From: Candidatus Edwardsbacteria bacterium
Lineage (GTDB): Bacteria; Edwardsbacteria; AC1; EtOH8
Assembly: GCA_025453955.1 (NCBI GenBank)
Contig: JALOPJ010000012.1
Coordinates: 1 to 58,189, forward strand
Direction of reading: 5' to 3'
DNA length: 58,189 bases
The notes below the pieces were generated by a model. It saw only the letters and a program-made list of their open reading frames with translations. It was not told the DNA's origin and did no database searches. This document shows positions 34,873-43,463 of this stretch, in pieces. Every line of letters starts with the position of its first letter. Position 1 is the stretch's first letter. The translations under genes and the position numbers were made by a program.

Positions 34873-35844
34873 TCAGAACTCGGCGGCGATCCCCACCCGC
34901 AGCGGATCGCCCAGCCCGGCGTAGGGCGTGTAGGCGAAGTCGAGCCGGTAGGCCCGGTAGCGCACGCCCAGCCCCGCCGCCAGGCCGGAGAAGTCGTCGG
35001 TGTCCGAGCCGTTCTGCAGGCCGCCGTACAGCCCGTTGTACCCCAGCCGCAGCGCCACCAGGCCGCGGATCCAATACTCGCCGCCGGCCTGGAAGGCGAC
35101 GGGCGCGTCGACCGGCTTGACGCCGGCCAGCGCCACGGTCAGCCGGTCCATGAAGGGACGGTAGGCCAGGCCGGCCCGCACCAGCAGCGGCATCCTCGGT
35201 TTCTCGGTGACGAAGGCCTTGGCGGCGAACCCGATGTTCTGGACCGCGGCGCCCAGCGCCAGGCTGGTGCCGTAGTTGCCGGGCTTGGCCGGCTTGAACA
35301 GCCGGTCCCCCAGCGACTGCAGGTCCACCTCGTAGATGGCGCCGACGTCGGCCGCGACGCCGGCCGTCGAGTAATCCTTGACCCGCTCGTAGACCCCCTT
35401 CAGCGAGGCGCCGGCGTAGAGCTGCGGATCGAGGCAGCGGCCGTAGCCGGCCGTCACCGCCAGCGACGAGTAGCTGAAGCTCCCCAGGCCCTCGCCCAGC
35501 GGGTCGTCCAGGGTGGTCTCCTTGATGCTGCCGCTGTTGAGGTAGGTCAGCGCGGCCCCGGCCGTGCTGCTGGCATCGAGCGGTTGGACGTAGCACACCG
35601 TGCCCAGCTGGATGCCCGAGACGTAGTTGAGGTAGCCGGCCGAGGCCTGGCGGGACCGCAGCAGCGGCAGTCCGGCCGGGTTGTAGTTCAGCCCGGAGGG
35701 GTCGTCGGCCATCGCCACGACGGCCTCGCCCAGGGCCGCCGGACGGGCCGCCACCGGGATGCGGAGGAAGGCGAACCCGGCCTGACCAGCCCACAGCGTT
35801 GCCGCGGATGCCAGCAGGATCGTGCCGAACGCCGCGCGCTTCAT
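34873..35844 (-). CDS. PorV/PorQ-like outer membrane beta-barrel protein
   Basis: Signal peptide, then FLRIPVAARPAALGEAVVAMADDPSGLNYNPAGL, and a C-terminal aromatic residue (..AAEF). The ATG at 35844 overlaps the upstream stop (TGATG). Confidence 0.65.
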   Translation of the reverse strand: MKRAAFGTILLASAATLWAGQAGFAFLRIPVAARPAALGEAVVAMADDPSGLNYNPAGLPLLRSRQASAGYLNYVSGIQLGTVCYVQPLDASSTAGAALTYLNSGSIKETTLDDPLGEGLGSFSYSSLAVTAGYGRCLDPQLYAGASLKGVYERVKDYSTAGVAADVGAIYEVDLQSLGDRLFKPAKPGNYGTSLALGAAVQNIGFAAKAFVTEKPRMPLLVRAGLAYRPFMDRLTVALAGVKPVDAPVAFQAGGEYWIRGLVALRLGYNGLYGGLQNGSDTDDFSGLAAGLGVRYRAYRLDFAYTPYAGLGDPLRVGIAAEF

Positions 35845-36191
35845 CAGCTGCCCTTGAGGTCGGTCGGCTTGTTGGGCGTCATCAAGAACAGCCGGTGCCA
35901 GCGCTGGGTGCCGTCCATCACCCGGGCGTTGTCGAAGTTGAAGCTGGGGCTGGCCAGCACCGCCTCGAACTCCTTGCGGTGGGTCCACAGCCAGTCCTGG
36001 ACCTCGTCGCTGTCGATGGCCCGCAGGTAGTAGAGGAACTCCTCCAGCGTGAAGCCGCTGCGGGCGTGGTCGTCGAGCCACTGCTCGGCGTCGGCGCCGT
36101 CGATGCTGGACAGCAGTTCGAAGACGTCGTCCCAGGCCTTGTCCGGCATCAGCCGGGCGCGGGAATAGCTCTTGAAGAACTTCATCGTCAC
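35844..36191 (-). CDS. Hypothetical cytoplasmic protein, 115 aa
   Basis: Coding-like ORF (MTMKFFKSYSRARLMPDKAWDDVFELL...). I recognise no family. Confidence 0.55.
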   Translation of the reverse strand: MTMKFFKSYSRARLMPDKAWDDVFELLSSIDGADAEQWLDDHARSGFTLEEFLYYLRAIDSDEVQDWLWTHRKEFEAVLASPSFNFDNARVMDGTQRWHRLFLMTPNKPTDLKGS

Positions 36192-36252
36192 CTGATGCGT
36201 TGATGCCGTATCATACCCGAAATCGGCGCGGTTGTCAACAGCGCGCCGAGCG

Positions 36253-36555
36253 TTAGCGGCGGCTGATGGTGGTCAGGCCCTTCTTCACCCGGTGACGGGG
36301 GTGCTTGGCCACGGCGTTGAGCGCGTTGACGATGGCCACCAGCACCTGGGTCTTGAGCTGGGCCGAGGCGATGTTGACCATGGTGTGGATGTGGCCGCCC
36401 TCGCTGGCCACGTAGTGCGGCGGCAGCTGGTTGAGGGCGAAGGCCATGATGTCCAGCTGGCAGGTGCGGCACTGGCAGACGTCGGTGCGGGACTCCATCA
36501 CCGCGGGCAGCTCCTGCCGGACGATGAACTCCATGTAGTTGGTGAGCTTTGCCAT
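36253..36555 (-). CDS. ComFB-family protein
   Basis: NYMEFIVRQELPAVMES....CQCRTCQLDIMAFALNQLPPHY matches the ComFB pattern. AAGGAGG lies upstream. Confidence 0.8.
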   Translation of the reverse strand: MAKLTNYMEFIVRQELPAVMESRTDVCQCRTCQLDIMAFALNQLPPHYVASEGGHIHTMVNIASAQLKTQVLVAIVNALNAVAKHPRHRVKKGLTTISRR

Positions 36556-36622
36556 CGGGCCCTCCTTGAGTGGTGCGGCGCCGCCGGGCGGCGGCCGTCG
36601 TTGATGCCATGCCCCGCCGGCG

Positions 36623-38638
36623 TCATTTCGGCAGCGACAGCACCGCCGCGCCGATCTGGCTGGCGTGGAAGTTGATCCGTTCCAGGTCGGACAGCAGGTC
36701 GAGGTGGATGGCGCTGGTCTCCTGCGACTCCCTGTACCCCTGGGCCAGCCGGTCGAGGTGCCGCTTGTAGAGCAGGCGCTCCATGGCGTGCACCTCGTCC
36801 TTGCGGGCCAGCGCCTGCGCGGCCAGCGCGCGGTCGCCCGAGGCCAGGGCGGCGATGGCGGTCTCCAGCGTCTTGACGGTCTCGCGGTGCAGGTCCCTGA
36901 TGTCCTGCAGCCCGTCCTCGGAGAACACCAGCTGCTGTTCGATCTTCTTGCCGGCGTGGCCCATGATGTCCTTGCTGATCACGTCGCCGATGTGCTCCAG
37001 GTCGTTGACGATGTACAGCAGCTCCACCCCCCTGCTGGGCTGGTCGCCGGACAGGTCCTCCTGGCTGAGCTTGGCCACGAAGGGCGTGATCGCCTCCTCC
37101 AGGATGTCGAGCTTGTCGTCCTCGAGGATCAGCTGCTTGGCCAGCTGCGAATCGTTGCGCTCCAGCGCTTCCAGGGCGCGGGCCAGCATGTCCCGCACCA
37201 GGTCGGCCATCCGCAGGATCTCCCGGAACACCGAGCCGATCGCCAGGCTGGGGGTGTCCAGCACCCGCTCGTCCAGGTAGCGCGGGCCGAAGGCCTTCTG
37301 GCCGGCCGGCGCGGCCGGTGCCAGCTTCCGGATCAGCCGTTCCAGCGGCGTCAGCAGCGGCAGGAACAGCACGGCGGCGAACAGGTTGAACGCGGTGTGG
37401 GCGTTGGCGATCTGGCGGGCGGCCGGCCCGCCCCAGCCCGCCACCAGCTGGGTGAACGGCGCGATCAGCAGCCAGGCGGCGATCCCTGCGATCAGCTTGA
37501 AGACGGTGTGGCCCCAGGCCACCAGCGCCGCCTCGCTGGTGCCGCCCCAGGCCGCCAGCAGGGCGCTGCCGCAGGTGCCGACGTTGGCGCCGATGATCAC
37601 CGGCATCGCCGCCCGCAGGTCCACCAGGCCCTGGAAGGCCAGCGTCAGCAGGATGCCGATGGTGGCGGCGCTGGAACGGATCACCAGCGTGAACAGGATC
37701 CCGATCAGGATGCCCAGCAGCGGCAGGTCGGCCATGCCCGCGAACAGGTCCAGGAACCAGGGCAGGGCCTTCATCGGCTCCAGGGCGTCGGCGGTCATCT
37801 TCATGCCGTAGAAGATCAGCCCGAACCCGAAGACGATCTGCGGATAGTAGCGCCAGGGCCGCTTGCCGGCGGCCACCATGGCCAGGAACCCGCCGGCCAC
37901 GAACACCAGGCAGTAGTCGGACAGCTTGAAGGCGATCAGCTGGACGGTGATGGTGGTGCCGATGTCGGCGCCCAGCACCACGCCCAGCACCTGGCCCAGC
38001 CCGATCAGGCCGGCGTTGGCCAGCGAGACCAGCATCACCGTGGTGGCGGTCGAGGACTGGATGATGGCCGTCACGAACACGCCGACGCCCATCCCCATGA
38101 AGCGGTTGCCGGTGAGGCTCCACAGCATCTGGCGCAGCCTGGCGCCGGCCGCCTTCTGCAGGCCGCGCGACGAGAACCGCAGGCCGAACAGGAACAGGGC
38201 GATGCCGCCCGCCACGCCCAGCAGGGCGATCAGCCACCAGTGCGGGGGCAGCGCCTGCAGGGTGAAGGTCACCCGCCGGGCCGGGTCGGCGGCGATCGAC
38301 GCGGCCACGTAGCGCGGGCCGGCGCCGCCGGTGGGGCGCACCACGCAGCGGGCGTAGCCCTGGAGGTCGGTGGCGGACTCCGCCCGGTCGATCGCCGCGG
38401 TGGCCGGGTCCACCGGCTCGAAGGACACCCGCACCCCCGACACCGGCTGGCCCCGGGCCGTGGTGACCTGGACCACCAGCGGCCGCCGGATGTCGCGGCC
38501 GATCACCGCCAGCTGGCGGTCGCCGGAATCGTCGGCGCCCAGCGCGTCCGTGGCCTTGGCGATCCGCAGGTCGGCGGCCGGCACAGCCGCCGCCGCGGCC
38601 AGCAGCGCCAGCGCCGCGATCACGAGGCGTCGCCGCAT
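36623..38638 (-). CDS. Na/Pi-cotransporter family protein with PhoU-like C-terminus and an N-terminal secreted domain
   Basis: ORF 36623..39025 trimmed to the ATG at 38638 (MRRRLVIAALALLAAAAAVPA). The transporter core contains QSSTATTVMLVSLANAG and GANVGTCGSALLAA. Two PhoU-like helical repeats sit at the C-terminus. Confidence 0.85.
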   Translation of the reverse strand: MRRRLVIAALALLAAAAAVPAADLRIAKATDALGADDSGDRQLAVIGRDIRRPLVVQVTTARGQPVSGVRVSFEPVDPATAAIDRAESATDLQGYARCVVRPTGGAGPRYVAASIAADPARRVTFTLQALPPHWWLIALLGVAGGIALFLFGLRFSSRGLQKAAGARLRQMLWSLTGNRFMGMGVGVFVTAIIQSSTATTVMLVSLANAGLIGLGQVLGVVLGADIGTTITVQLIAFKLSDYCLVFVAGGFLAMVAAGKRPWRYYPQIVFGFGLIFYGMKMTADALEPMKALPWFLDLFAGMADLPLLGILIGILFTLVIRSSAATIGILLTLAFQGLVDLRAAMPVIIGANVGTCGSALLAAWGGTSEAALVAWGHTVFKLIAGIAAWLLIAPFTQLVAGWGGPAARQIANAHTAFNLFAAVLFLPLLTPLERLIRKLAPAAPAGQKAFGPRYLDERVLDTPSLAIGSVFREILRMADLVRDMLARALEALERNDSQLAKQLILEDDKLDILEEAITPFVAKLSQEDLSGDQPSRGVELLYIVNDLEHIGDVISKDIMGHAGKKIEQQLVFSEDGLQDIRDLHRETVKTLETAIAALASGDRALAAQALARKDEVHAMERLLYKRHLDRLAQGYRESQETSAIHLDLLSDLERINFHASQIGAAVLSLPK

Positions 38639-38640
38639 CG

Positions 38641-39075
38641 TCAGCGGGACGGCCCCACCTCCACCGGGTAGGCCTGGGGATAGCCCAGGTCCCGGGCCCT
38701 GGCCTTCAGCGCGTCGGCCTGCTGGCGGTCGAGGTTGGCGCCGACCTGCACCTTGTAGTACGGGTCGGACTCGGCGATGAACACCTGCTGGTCGCCGAAC
38801 TTCCAGCGGGCCTCCTCGGCCACCTTGCGGGCGTTCTCGACCGTCGAGGAGACGAAGACCTGGACCCGCCAGCCCCAGGCCGCCGCCGCCGGCGTGTCCG
38901 GCTGCGCTTCCGGCTCCGCCGCCGGCCGCGGCTCGGCGGCCGGCCGCTCGGCGAACGGCTGCTTGGCCGGCTGCTCGGCCACCGGCTGCTTGACCGGCTC
39001 CTGCACGGCCTGCCGCTTCAGGCATCCGCCGGCGGCCAGCGCGGCCGCGCAGGCGATCAGCGCGATTGTCCTCAT
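38641..39075 (-). CDS. SPOR-domain lipoprotein
   Basis: ATG at 39075 with GGGAGGG upstream. Lipobox MRTIALIACAAALAAGGC, a Pro/Ala/Glu linker, then a SPOR-like end (WRVQVFVSSTVENARKVAEEAR...YKVQVGANLDRQQADALKARARDLGY). Confidence 0.8.
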   Translation of the reverse strand: MRTIALIACAAALAAGGCLKRQAVQEPVKQPVAEQPAKQPFAERPAAEPRPAAEPEAQPDTPAAAAWGWRVQVFVSSTVENARKVAEEARWKFGDQQVFIAESDPYYKVQVGANLDRQQADALKARARDLGYPQAYPVEVGPSR

Positions 39076-39110
39076 CGATCCCTCCCTGCTGTAATCCGTG
39101 ATGGACCAGT

Positions 39111-40181
39111 TCATAGGTACTTCTTCAGCCGCCGCTGCTGCCGCAGCCGTTCCAGCACCGCCCGCACGTCCTGGGCCCGCGACCGCGGGCAGACCAGCAC
39201 CGCGTCACCCGACCTGACGACGATCAGGTCCCGCACGCCGAGGGCCGCGATCATCCCCCGGTCGCAGACCGTGATCGTCCCGCTGCTGTCTACCGCGACC
39301 GCTTCCCCGATGGCGACGTTGCCGGCCTCGTCGGTCGGGTGGAACCGCTCGATGGCCTCCCACGACCCCAGGTCGTCCCAGCCGAAATCGCCCCTGATCA
39401 CGGCCACCCGCTCGGCCTTCTCCATCACGCCGTAGTCGATCGAGACCTTCGCCACGCCCCGGTAGAACTCGGCGAAGGGTTTGGGCCCCGCGGCCAGCCC
39501 GCCCCGCCGCTGCCAGTCGTCCAGCCCCCGGGCCAGCTCCGGCATCAGCCGCTCGATCTGGCGCAGGATGGTCGCGGCGCGCCACACGAAGATGCCGGCG
39601 TTCCAGTAGAAATAGCCGCTCTTGACGAACCGCTCGGCCGTCGCCCGGTCGGGCTTCTCGCGGAAGCTCTTGACGGCGAAGCAGGGGATATCGCTGCTCG
39701 GCAGGATGTCGCCCCGCTCGACGTAGCCGTAGCCGGTCTCGGGCCGGTCCGGCGGGATCCCGATGGTCACCAGGTAGTCCTGGCGCGCCAGGCCGACCGC
39801 CGCCCGCAGCGTTTCCCGGAACGCCGGCACGTCCTTGATGGCGTGGTCGGACGGCAGGACGATCATCACGCCGTCGGGGTCGACCCGGGCGATCTCGGCG
39901 GCGGCCAGCGCGATGGCGGGCGCGGTGTTGCGGCCCATCGGCTCGCCCACCAGGTGCGCCGACGCCACGCCCAGCCGCTTGATCGCCGCGACCAGCCCGC
40001 GACCGGTCACGATCCACTGGTTGGCTGACGGCGCCAGGGGCTCGACCCGGGCGATGGTCTCCTCCAGCATCGACTTCCCGCCGGTCAGGGCCAGCAGCTG
40101 CTTGGGCCGCTTCTCCCGGCTCTGCGGCCAGAACCGCTCGCCGCGGCCGCCGGCCAGGACCACCGCGTGGACGTTCTTCAT
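39111..40181 (-). CDS. Mannose-1-phosphate guanylyltransferase (GDP-mannose pyrophosphorylase)
   Basis: Opens with VVLAGGRGERFWPQSREKRPKQLL and shows a nucleotidyltransferase fold pattern. The ATG overlaps the upstream stop (ATGA). Confidence 0.88.
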   Translation of the reverse strand: MKNVHAVVLAGGRGERFWPQSREKRPKQLLALTGGKSMLEETIARVEPLAPSANQWIVTGRGLVAAIKRLGVASAHLVGEPMGRNTAPAIALAAAEIARVDPDGVMIVLPSDHAIKDVPAFRETLRAAVGLARQDYLVTIGIPPDRPETGYGYVERGDILPSSDIPCFAVKSFREKPDRATAERFVKSGYFYWNAGIFVWRAATILRQIERLMPELARGLDDWQRRGGLAAGPKPFAEFYRGVAKVSIDYGVMEKAERVAVIRGDFGWDDLGSWEAIERFHPTDEAGNVAIGEAVAVDSSGTITVCDRGMIAALGVRDLIVVRSGDAVLVCPRSRAQDVRAVLERLRQQRRLKKYL

Positions 40182-41137
40182 GCCGCCCCCCGTTTCCCCG
40201 GCGCGGCCCTGACCATCGCCGCCAGCAGCGGCACCATGATCTCGTGGTGGCCGGTGAAGCAATACCCCGTGCCCCCGCCCCGCACCGGCCGCTGCACGAC
40301 GTTGACGGTCGGCCGGTAGTGCTGGACCATGTCGAAGTTGGCGGTGGTGAAATCATTCACATGGTGCGACAGGTTGCGGGCCACCGTCAGCGCCTTGAGG
40401 AACACCTCGGGCAGCACCACGGTCGATCCGATGTTCAGCACCACGCCGCCGGTGAGTTTGCTGACCACCCGCGCCAGGATCCTGAAGTCGCGGTGGCTGG
40501 CGCTGCCCGCGGCCGCGCCGTCGAACGAGGGGTGCTGGTGGACGATGTCGCTGCCGATGCCGACATGGATGGTCACCGGGACCTTCAGCTGGTAGCAGCG
40601 AGCCAGCAGGCTGACCGCTCGGTTCTTTGCCTTGGTCTCGTTCAGGAACAGACCCAGCGATTCTCCGAACCCCAGCTCCTGGGCGTCGCCCTGGATCACG
40701 GCGCCGTTGATCAGGTCGGCGGTCTCGGCCGCCATCCCGAACGACCCGTCCTCCAGGCCCGCGGCCACGTCCTCGGAGGTCCTGCCCCAGCAGGCCAGCT
40801 CGACGTCGTGGATGGCGCCGGCGCCGTTGAGCGCCACGGCCGTGACGAAGCCGCGCTCCACCAGGTCGATCAGCACCGGCGACAGGCCGCACTTGATCGG
40901 GTGCGCGCCCATCATCAGGATCACCGGCCGGCCCCGTTGCCTGGCCCGCCGGATGTCCGCCGCCAGCGATCGGAGGTCACGCACTTTGAGGATGCCGGGC
41001 AGCCCGCGCAGGAACGCCGACAGCGGCCGCTGCGGATCGGGCACCCGTGCCAAGTCGGTCAAACGGACCTTGCTGGCGCGCGTGCGCACCGAGCGCCGCT
41101 TGACCTTGTTGAGATCGACCTCGGGATATCGTCCCAT
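40178..41137 (-). CDS. Deoxyhypusine-synthase-like family protein (function unknown)
   Basis: Strong coding signal. VILMMGAHPIKCGLSPVLIDLVERGFVTAVALNGAGAIHDVE and VTIHVGIGSDIVHQHP recall bacterial DHS-like proteins. The family assignment is from memory only. Confidence 0.4.
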   Translation of the reverse strand: MGRYPEVDLNKVKRRSVRTRASKVRLTDLARVPDPQRPLSAFLRGLPGILKVRDLRSLAADIRRARQRGRPVILMMGAHPIKCGLSPVLIDLVERGFVTAVALNGAGAIHDVELACWGRTSEDVAAGLEDGSFGMAAETADLINGAVIQGDAQELGFGESLGLFLNETKAKNRAVSLLARCYQLKVPVTIHVGIGSDIVHQHPSFDGAAAGSASHRDFRILARVVSKLTGGVVLNIGSTVVLPEVFLKALTVARNLSHHVNDFTTANFDMVQHYRPTVNVVQRPVRGGGTGYCFTGHHEIMVPLLAAMVRAAPGKRGAA

Positions 41138-41147
41138 CGTTCACCTT

Positions 41148-41218
41148 GGAATTCTGTATTCAGTATTCCGTATCCAGTATCCTGTGTTACCCCCGGTTTT
41201 GCATTTTGCATTTTCATC
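41148..41218. repeat. Composite intergenic element: type B heptads (41148..41182) + type A heptads (41198..41218)
   Basis: GGAATTC TGTATTC AGTATTC CGTATCC AGTATCC, then a 15-nt spacer, then TTTGCAT TTTGCAT TTTCATC. Confidence 0.75.
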
Positions 41219-41223
41219 AGCCA

Positions 41224-42000
41224 TCAGTCCGCACCCGGCGTGTACTCCTTGAGCACCGCGTTGACGGACCCGATCAGGATCTTGCTCTTCATCAGCACCG
41301 GCACCCGCCGCTGGTCGTCGGTGACCCAGATCGTCAGCCGGCCCTTGTTCTCGAACAGACCGGGCGTCCGCAGCATCGGCTCGATCACCACGCAGGGCAC
41401 CTTGCCCAGGACGGTCTTGAGCGTCTCCCGGCGCAGCACCCGCACCTCCAGCGGGTAGTTCTTCTTGTCGGTGTGGTTGTCGATGTACAGCGAGCGGCCG
41501 ATCTCCAGCGGGAACAGCCGGGCGTAGAACAGCGACAGCAGGACGTCGCGCGAGCCGGGCACCATCTCGATCACCTGGCCGGTGCTGTAGCGCGCCTTGT
41601 TCTGCTCGTGGTCGAACACCACCGACTCCTCGTGGCGGTAGCCGCCCTCCTGGATCTTCTTCTGGAAGAACAGCGACACCAGGCTGCCGGTCTGGACGAA
41701 CGACTCGGCGCGGTCGTGCACCCGGTAGAACTTCGAGAAGAAGGCGTTGGACCAGGTCTCGTTCACCAGGTGGTAGCATTCCCTGTCCTGCGACCAGGTC
41801 AGCTCGGGGTCGACCTTGAGGTAGGCGTAGCCGGCGTTGATCCCCGAGTACTCGATGGAGAACAGCATCTTCTCGCCCAGCCGCAGCGCGGGGATGGGGA
41901 CCGCGCCGGACTGCGGCGGCACGATGCTGTCGCCCTGTGCTCCGGCCAGCGCAGCCAGCGCCAGGGCCAGGATCGTCGTCGATGCCGTTCGTTTCCGCAC
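41224..42000 (-). CDS. DUF3108 domain-containing secreted protein
   Basis: Signal peptide, then GEKMLFSIEYSGINAGYAYLKV ... GRLTIWVTDDQRRVPVLMKSKILIGSVNAVL, the pattern typical of DUF3108. Confidence 0.75.
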   Translation of the reverse strand: MRKRTASTTILALALAALAGAQGDSIVPPQSGAVPIPALRLGEKMLFSIEYSGINAGYAYLKVDPELTWSQDRECYHLVNETWSNAFFSKFYRVHDRAESFVQTGSLVSLFFQKKIQEGGYRHEESVVFDHEQNKARYSTGQVIEMVPGSRDVLLSLFYARLFPLEIGRSLYIDNHTDKKNYPLEVRVLRRETLKTVLGKVPCVVIEPMLRTPGLFENKGRLTIWVTDDQRRVPVLMKSKILIGSVNAVLKEYTPGAD

Positions 42001-42010
42001 GTGATGCCCC

Positions 42011-43060
42011 TTACGATGATGCCAACATGTGGTGGACCTGTTCCGATACCCTCGATACCGGGATCGACCGCATGCAGTCGTACTGCGGACATCGCCGGCC
42101 GCGGCATTCCCGGCAGGTCCTGTCCGGGTCCGGCATGATCACGGCATGGCCCGGCCCGTACGGCCCCCAGCGCCGGGGATGGCACGGCGCGACCGGGCAG
42201 TACAGGCCGATCACACTGGTCCCCGCCGCCGCCGCGATGTGCAGCGGCCCGGTGCTGTTGGCGACCACCAGCGCGGCCCGGGACAGGACCGCCGCCAGTT
42301 CCGGCAGCGTCAGGCCGGAGATCCAGGCCGGCTCGGTCTTCAGATGCGGTTCCAGCCGTTCCTTGAGCTGCTCCTCGCCCGGGCCCAGCGTGACCACAAC
42401 CTTGATGTTCTGAATACCGGATTCCGAATGCTGAATCCGGTCGACCAGTTGGGCGAACCGCTCCAGCGGCCAGTCCATGGCCGAGCCGCCGCTGCCGGGA
42501 TGGATTACGACGAACGGTCGATCGCGCGGTATGCCCCACTTGGCGAGGGTTACCGCGGCCAGTTCATCGGGGATGACGATCCGGGGCGGGAACGCCATCC
42601 GCTGTCCGTTCGCCGAGGGCTGCTCAAGCCCCAATCCCCGGGCGGCCAGGTCCAGGTTGTGCTCCAGCTCGTGCCGCAGGCTGTACCTGCGGTGCAGGCG
42701 CACCCGGTGGTTCAACAGGAAACCGTACCAGCGGTACGCCGTGCCGGCGCGCACCGGGATCCGCGCCCGCCACAGCGCCCAGGCCAACCGCGCCGTGGGG
42801 TGCAGCAGGACCGCGGCGTCGAACCGCCTCCCCCGCAGCCGCGCGGCCAGCAGCGGCGCTCCGTCGGCCGGGTTGTCCACCAGCACCTCGTCGACGTCGG
42901 GCGACAGCCGCACCAGCGGGGCCGTGTACTCCCGCGCCAGGAACGTGATCCTGGCGCCGGGCAGCGCGCGTTTCAGGAGCGCCGCGCAGGGCAGCGACAG
43001 CACCACGTCGCCGATGCGGTCGGTGCGCACCAGCAGGATGTCGCGCGGGGCACGTCCCAT
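42011..43060 (-). CDS. Glycosyltransferase family 9 (heptosyltransferase-like)
   Basis: ILLVRTDRIGDVVLSLP at the N-terminus and ANSTGPLHIAAAAGTSVIGLY near the C-terminus. Confidence 0.85.
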   Translation of the reverse strand: MGRAPRDILLVRTDRIGDVVLSLPCAALLKRALPGARITFLAREYTAPLVRLSPDVDEVLVDNPADGAPLLAARLRGRRFDAAVLLHPTARLAWALWRARIPVRAGTAYRWYGFLLNHRVRLHRRYSLRHELEHNLDLAARGLGLEQPSANGQRMAFPPRIVIPDELAAVTLAKWGIPRDRPFVVIHPGSGGSAMDWPLERFAQLVDRIQHSESGIQNIKVVVTLGPGEEQLKERLEPHLKTEPAWISGLTLPELAAVLSRAALVVANSTGPLHIAAAAGTSVIGLYCPVAPCHPRRWGPYGPGHAVIMPDPDRTCRECRGRRCPQYDCMRSIPVSRVSEQVHHMLASS

Positions 43061-43066
43061 CGGCGG

Positions 43067-43453
43067 TCAGAACCAGACCTTGAAGTACAGCTGGACCCGC
43101 GGACGCTGGAAGCGCTTCAGCCAGCTGACGAAGAACGCCCGGCCCTTGCTCTGGTAGCCGATGTTGACGTCCGGCAGCAGGGGCATCTGGAACACCGACG
43201 ACTCGCGCGCCGCGTCACCGGGATCGTCCTCGATGAACACGGTCAACGGCAGGTTGAGCGAGTAGCCGCCGGCCACGTGCATCCCCAGCAGCTTGTAGTG
43301 GTAGTAATTGAGCGTGCAATTGCGGCGCGACAGCCGGGGCACGGCCCGGCCCGCCACGGCCGTGTCCCGGGCGGCGGCCTGCGTGGCCGGTCGCGGGACG
43401 GGCGCCGCGGGCGGCGCCGCCAGCGCGGCGATCAGCGCGAGGATCGCCAGCAT
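43067..43453 (-). CDS. Small putative outer-membrane protein (hypothetical)
   Basis: Signal-like N-terminus and C-terminal ..LYFKVWF. I recognise no family. Confidence 0.45.
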   Translation of the reverse strand: MLAILALIAALAAPPAAPVPRPATQAAARDTAVAGRAVPRLSRRNCTLNYYHYKLLGMHVAGGYSLNLPLTVFIEDDPGDAARESSVFQMPLLPDVNIGYQSKGRAFFVSWLKRFQRPRVQLYFKVWF

Positions 43454-43463
43454 CGCCGCATCC

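Noticed and set aside
36623-39025. N-terminal extensions of several minus-strand track ORFs: 36623..39025, 47559..49121, 50908..51582, 51279..53012, 52178..54439, 53587..55038, 34873..36081 and 32400..33686.
   Set aside because: The extended parts overlap the upstream gene in another frame and translate to Gly/Arg/Pro-rich noise. Internal starts with an RBS or a start/stop overlap give proteins of canonical length, so the ORFs were trimmed.
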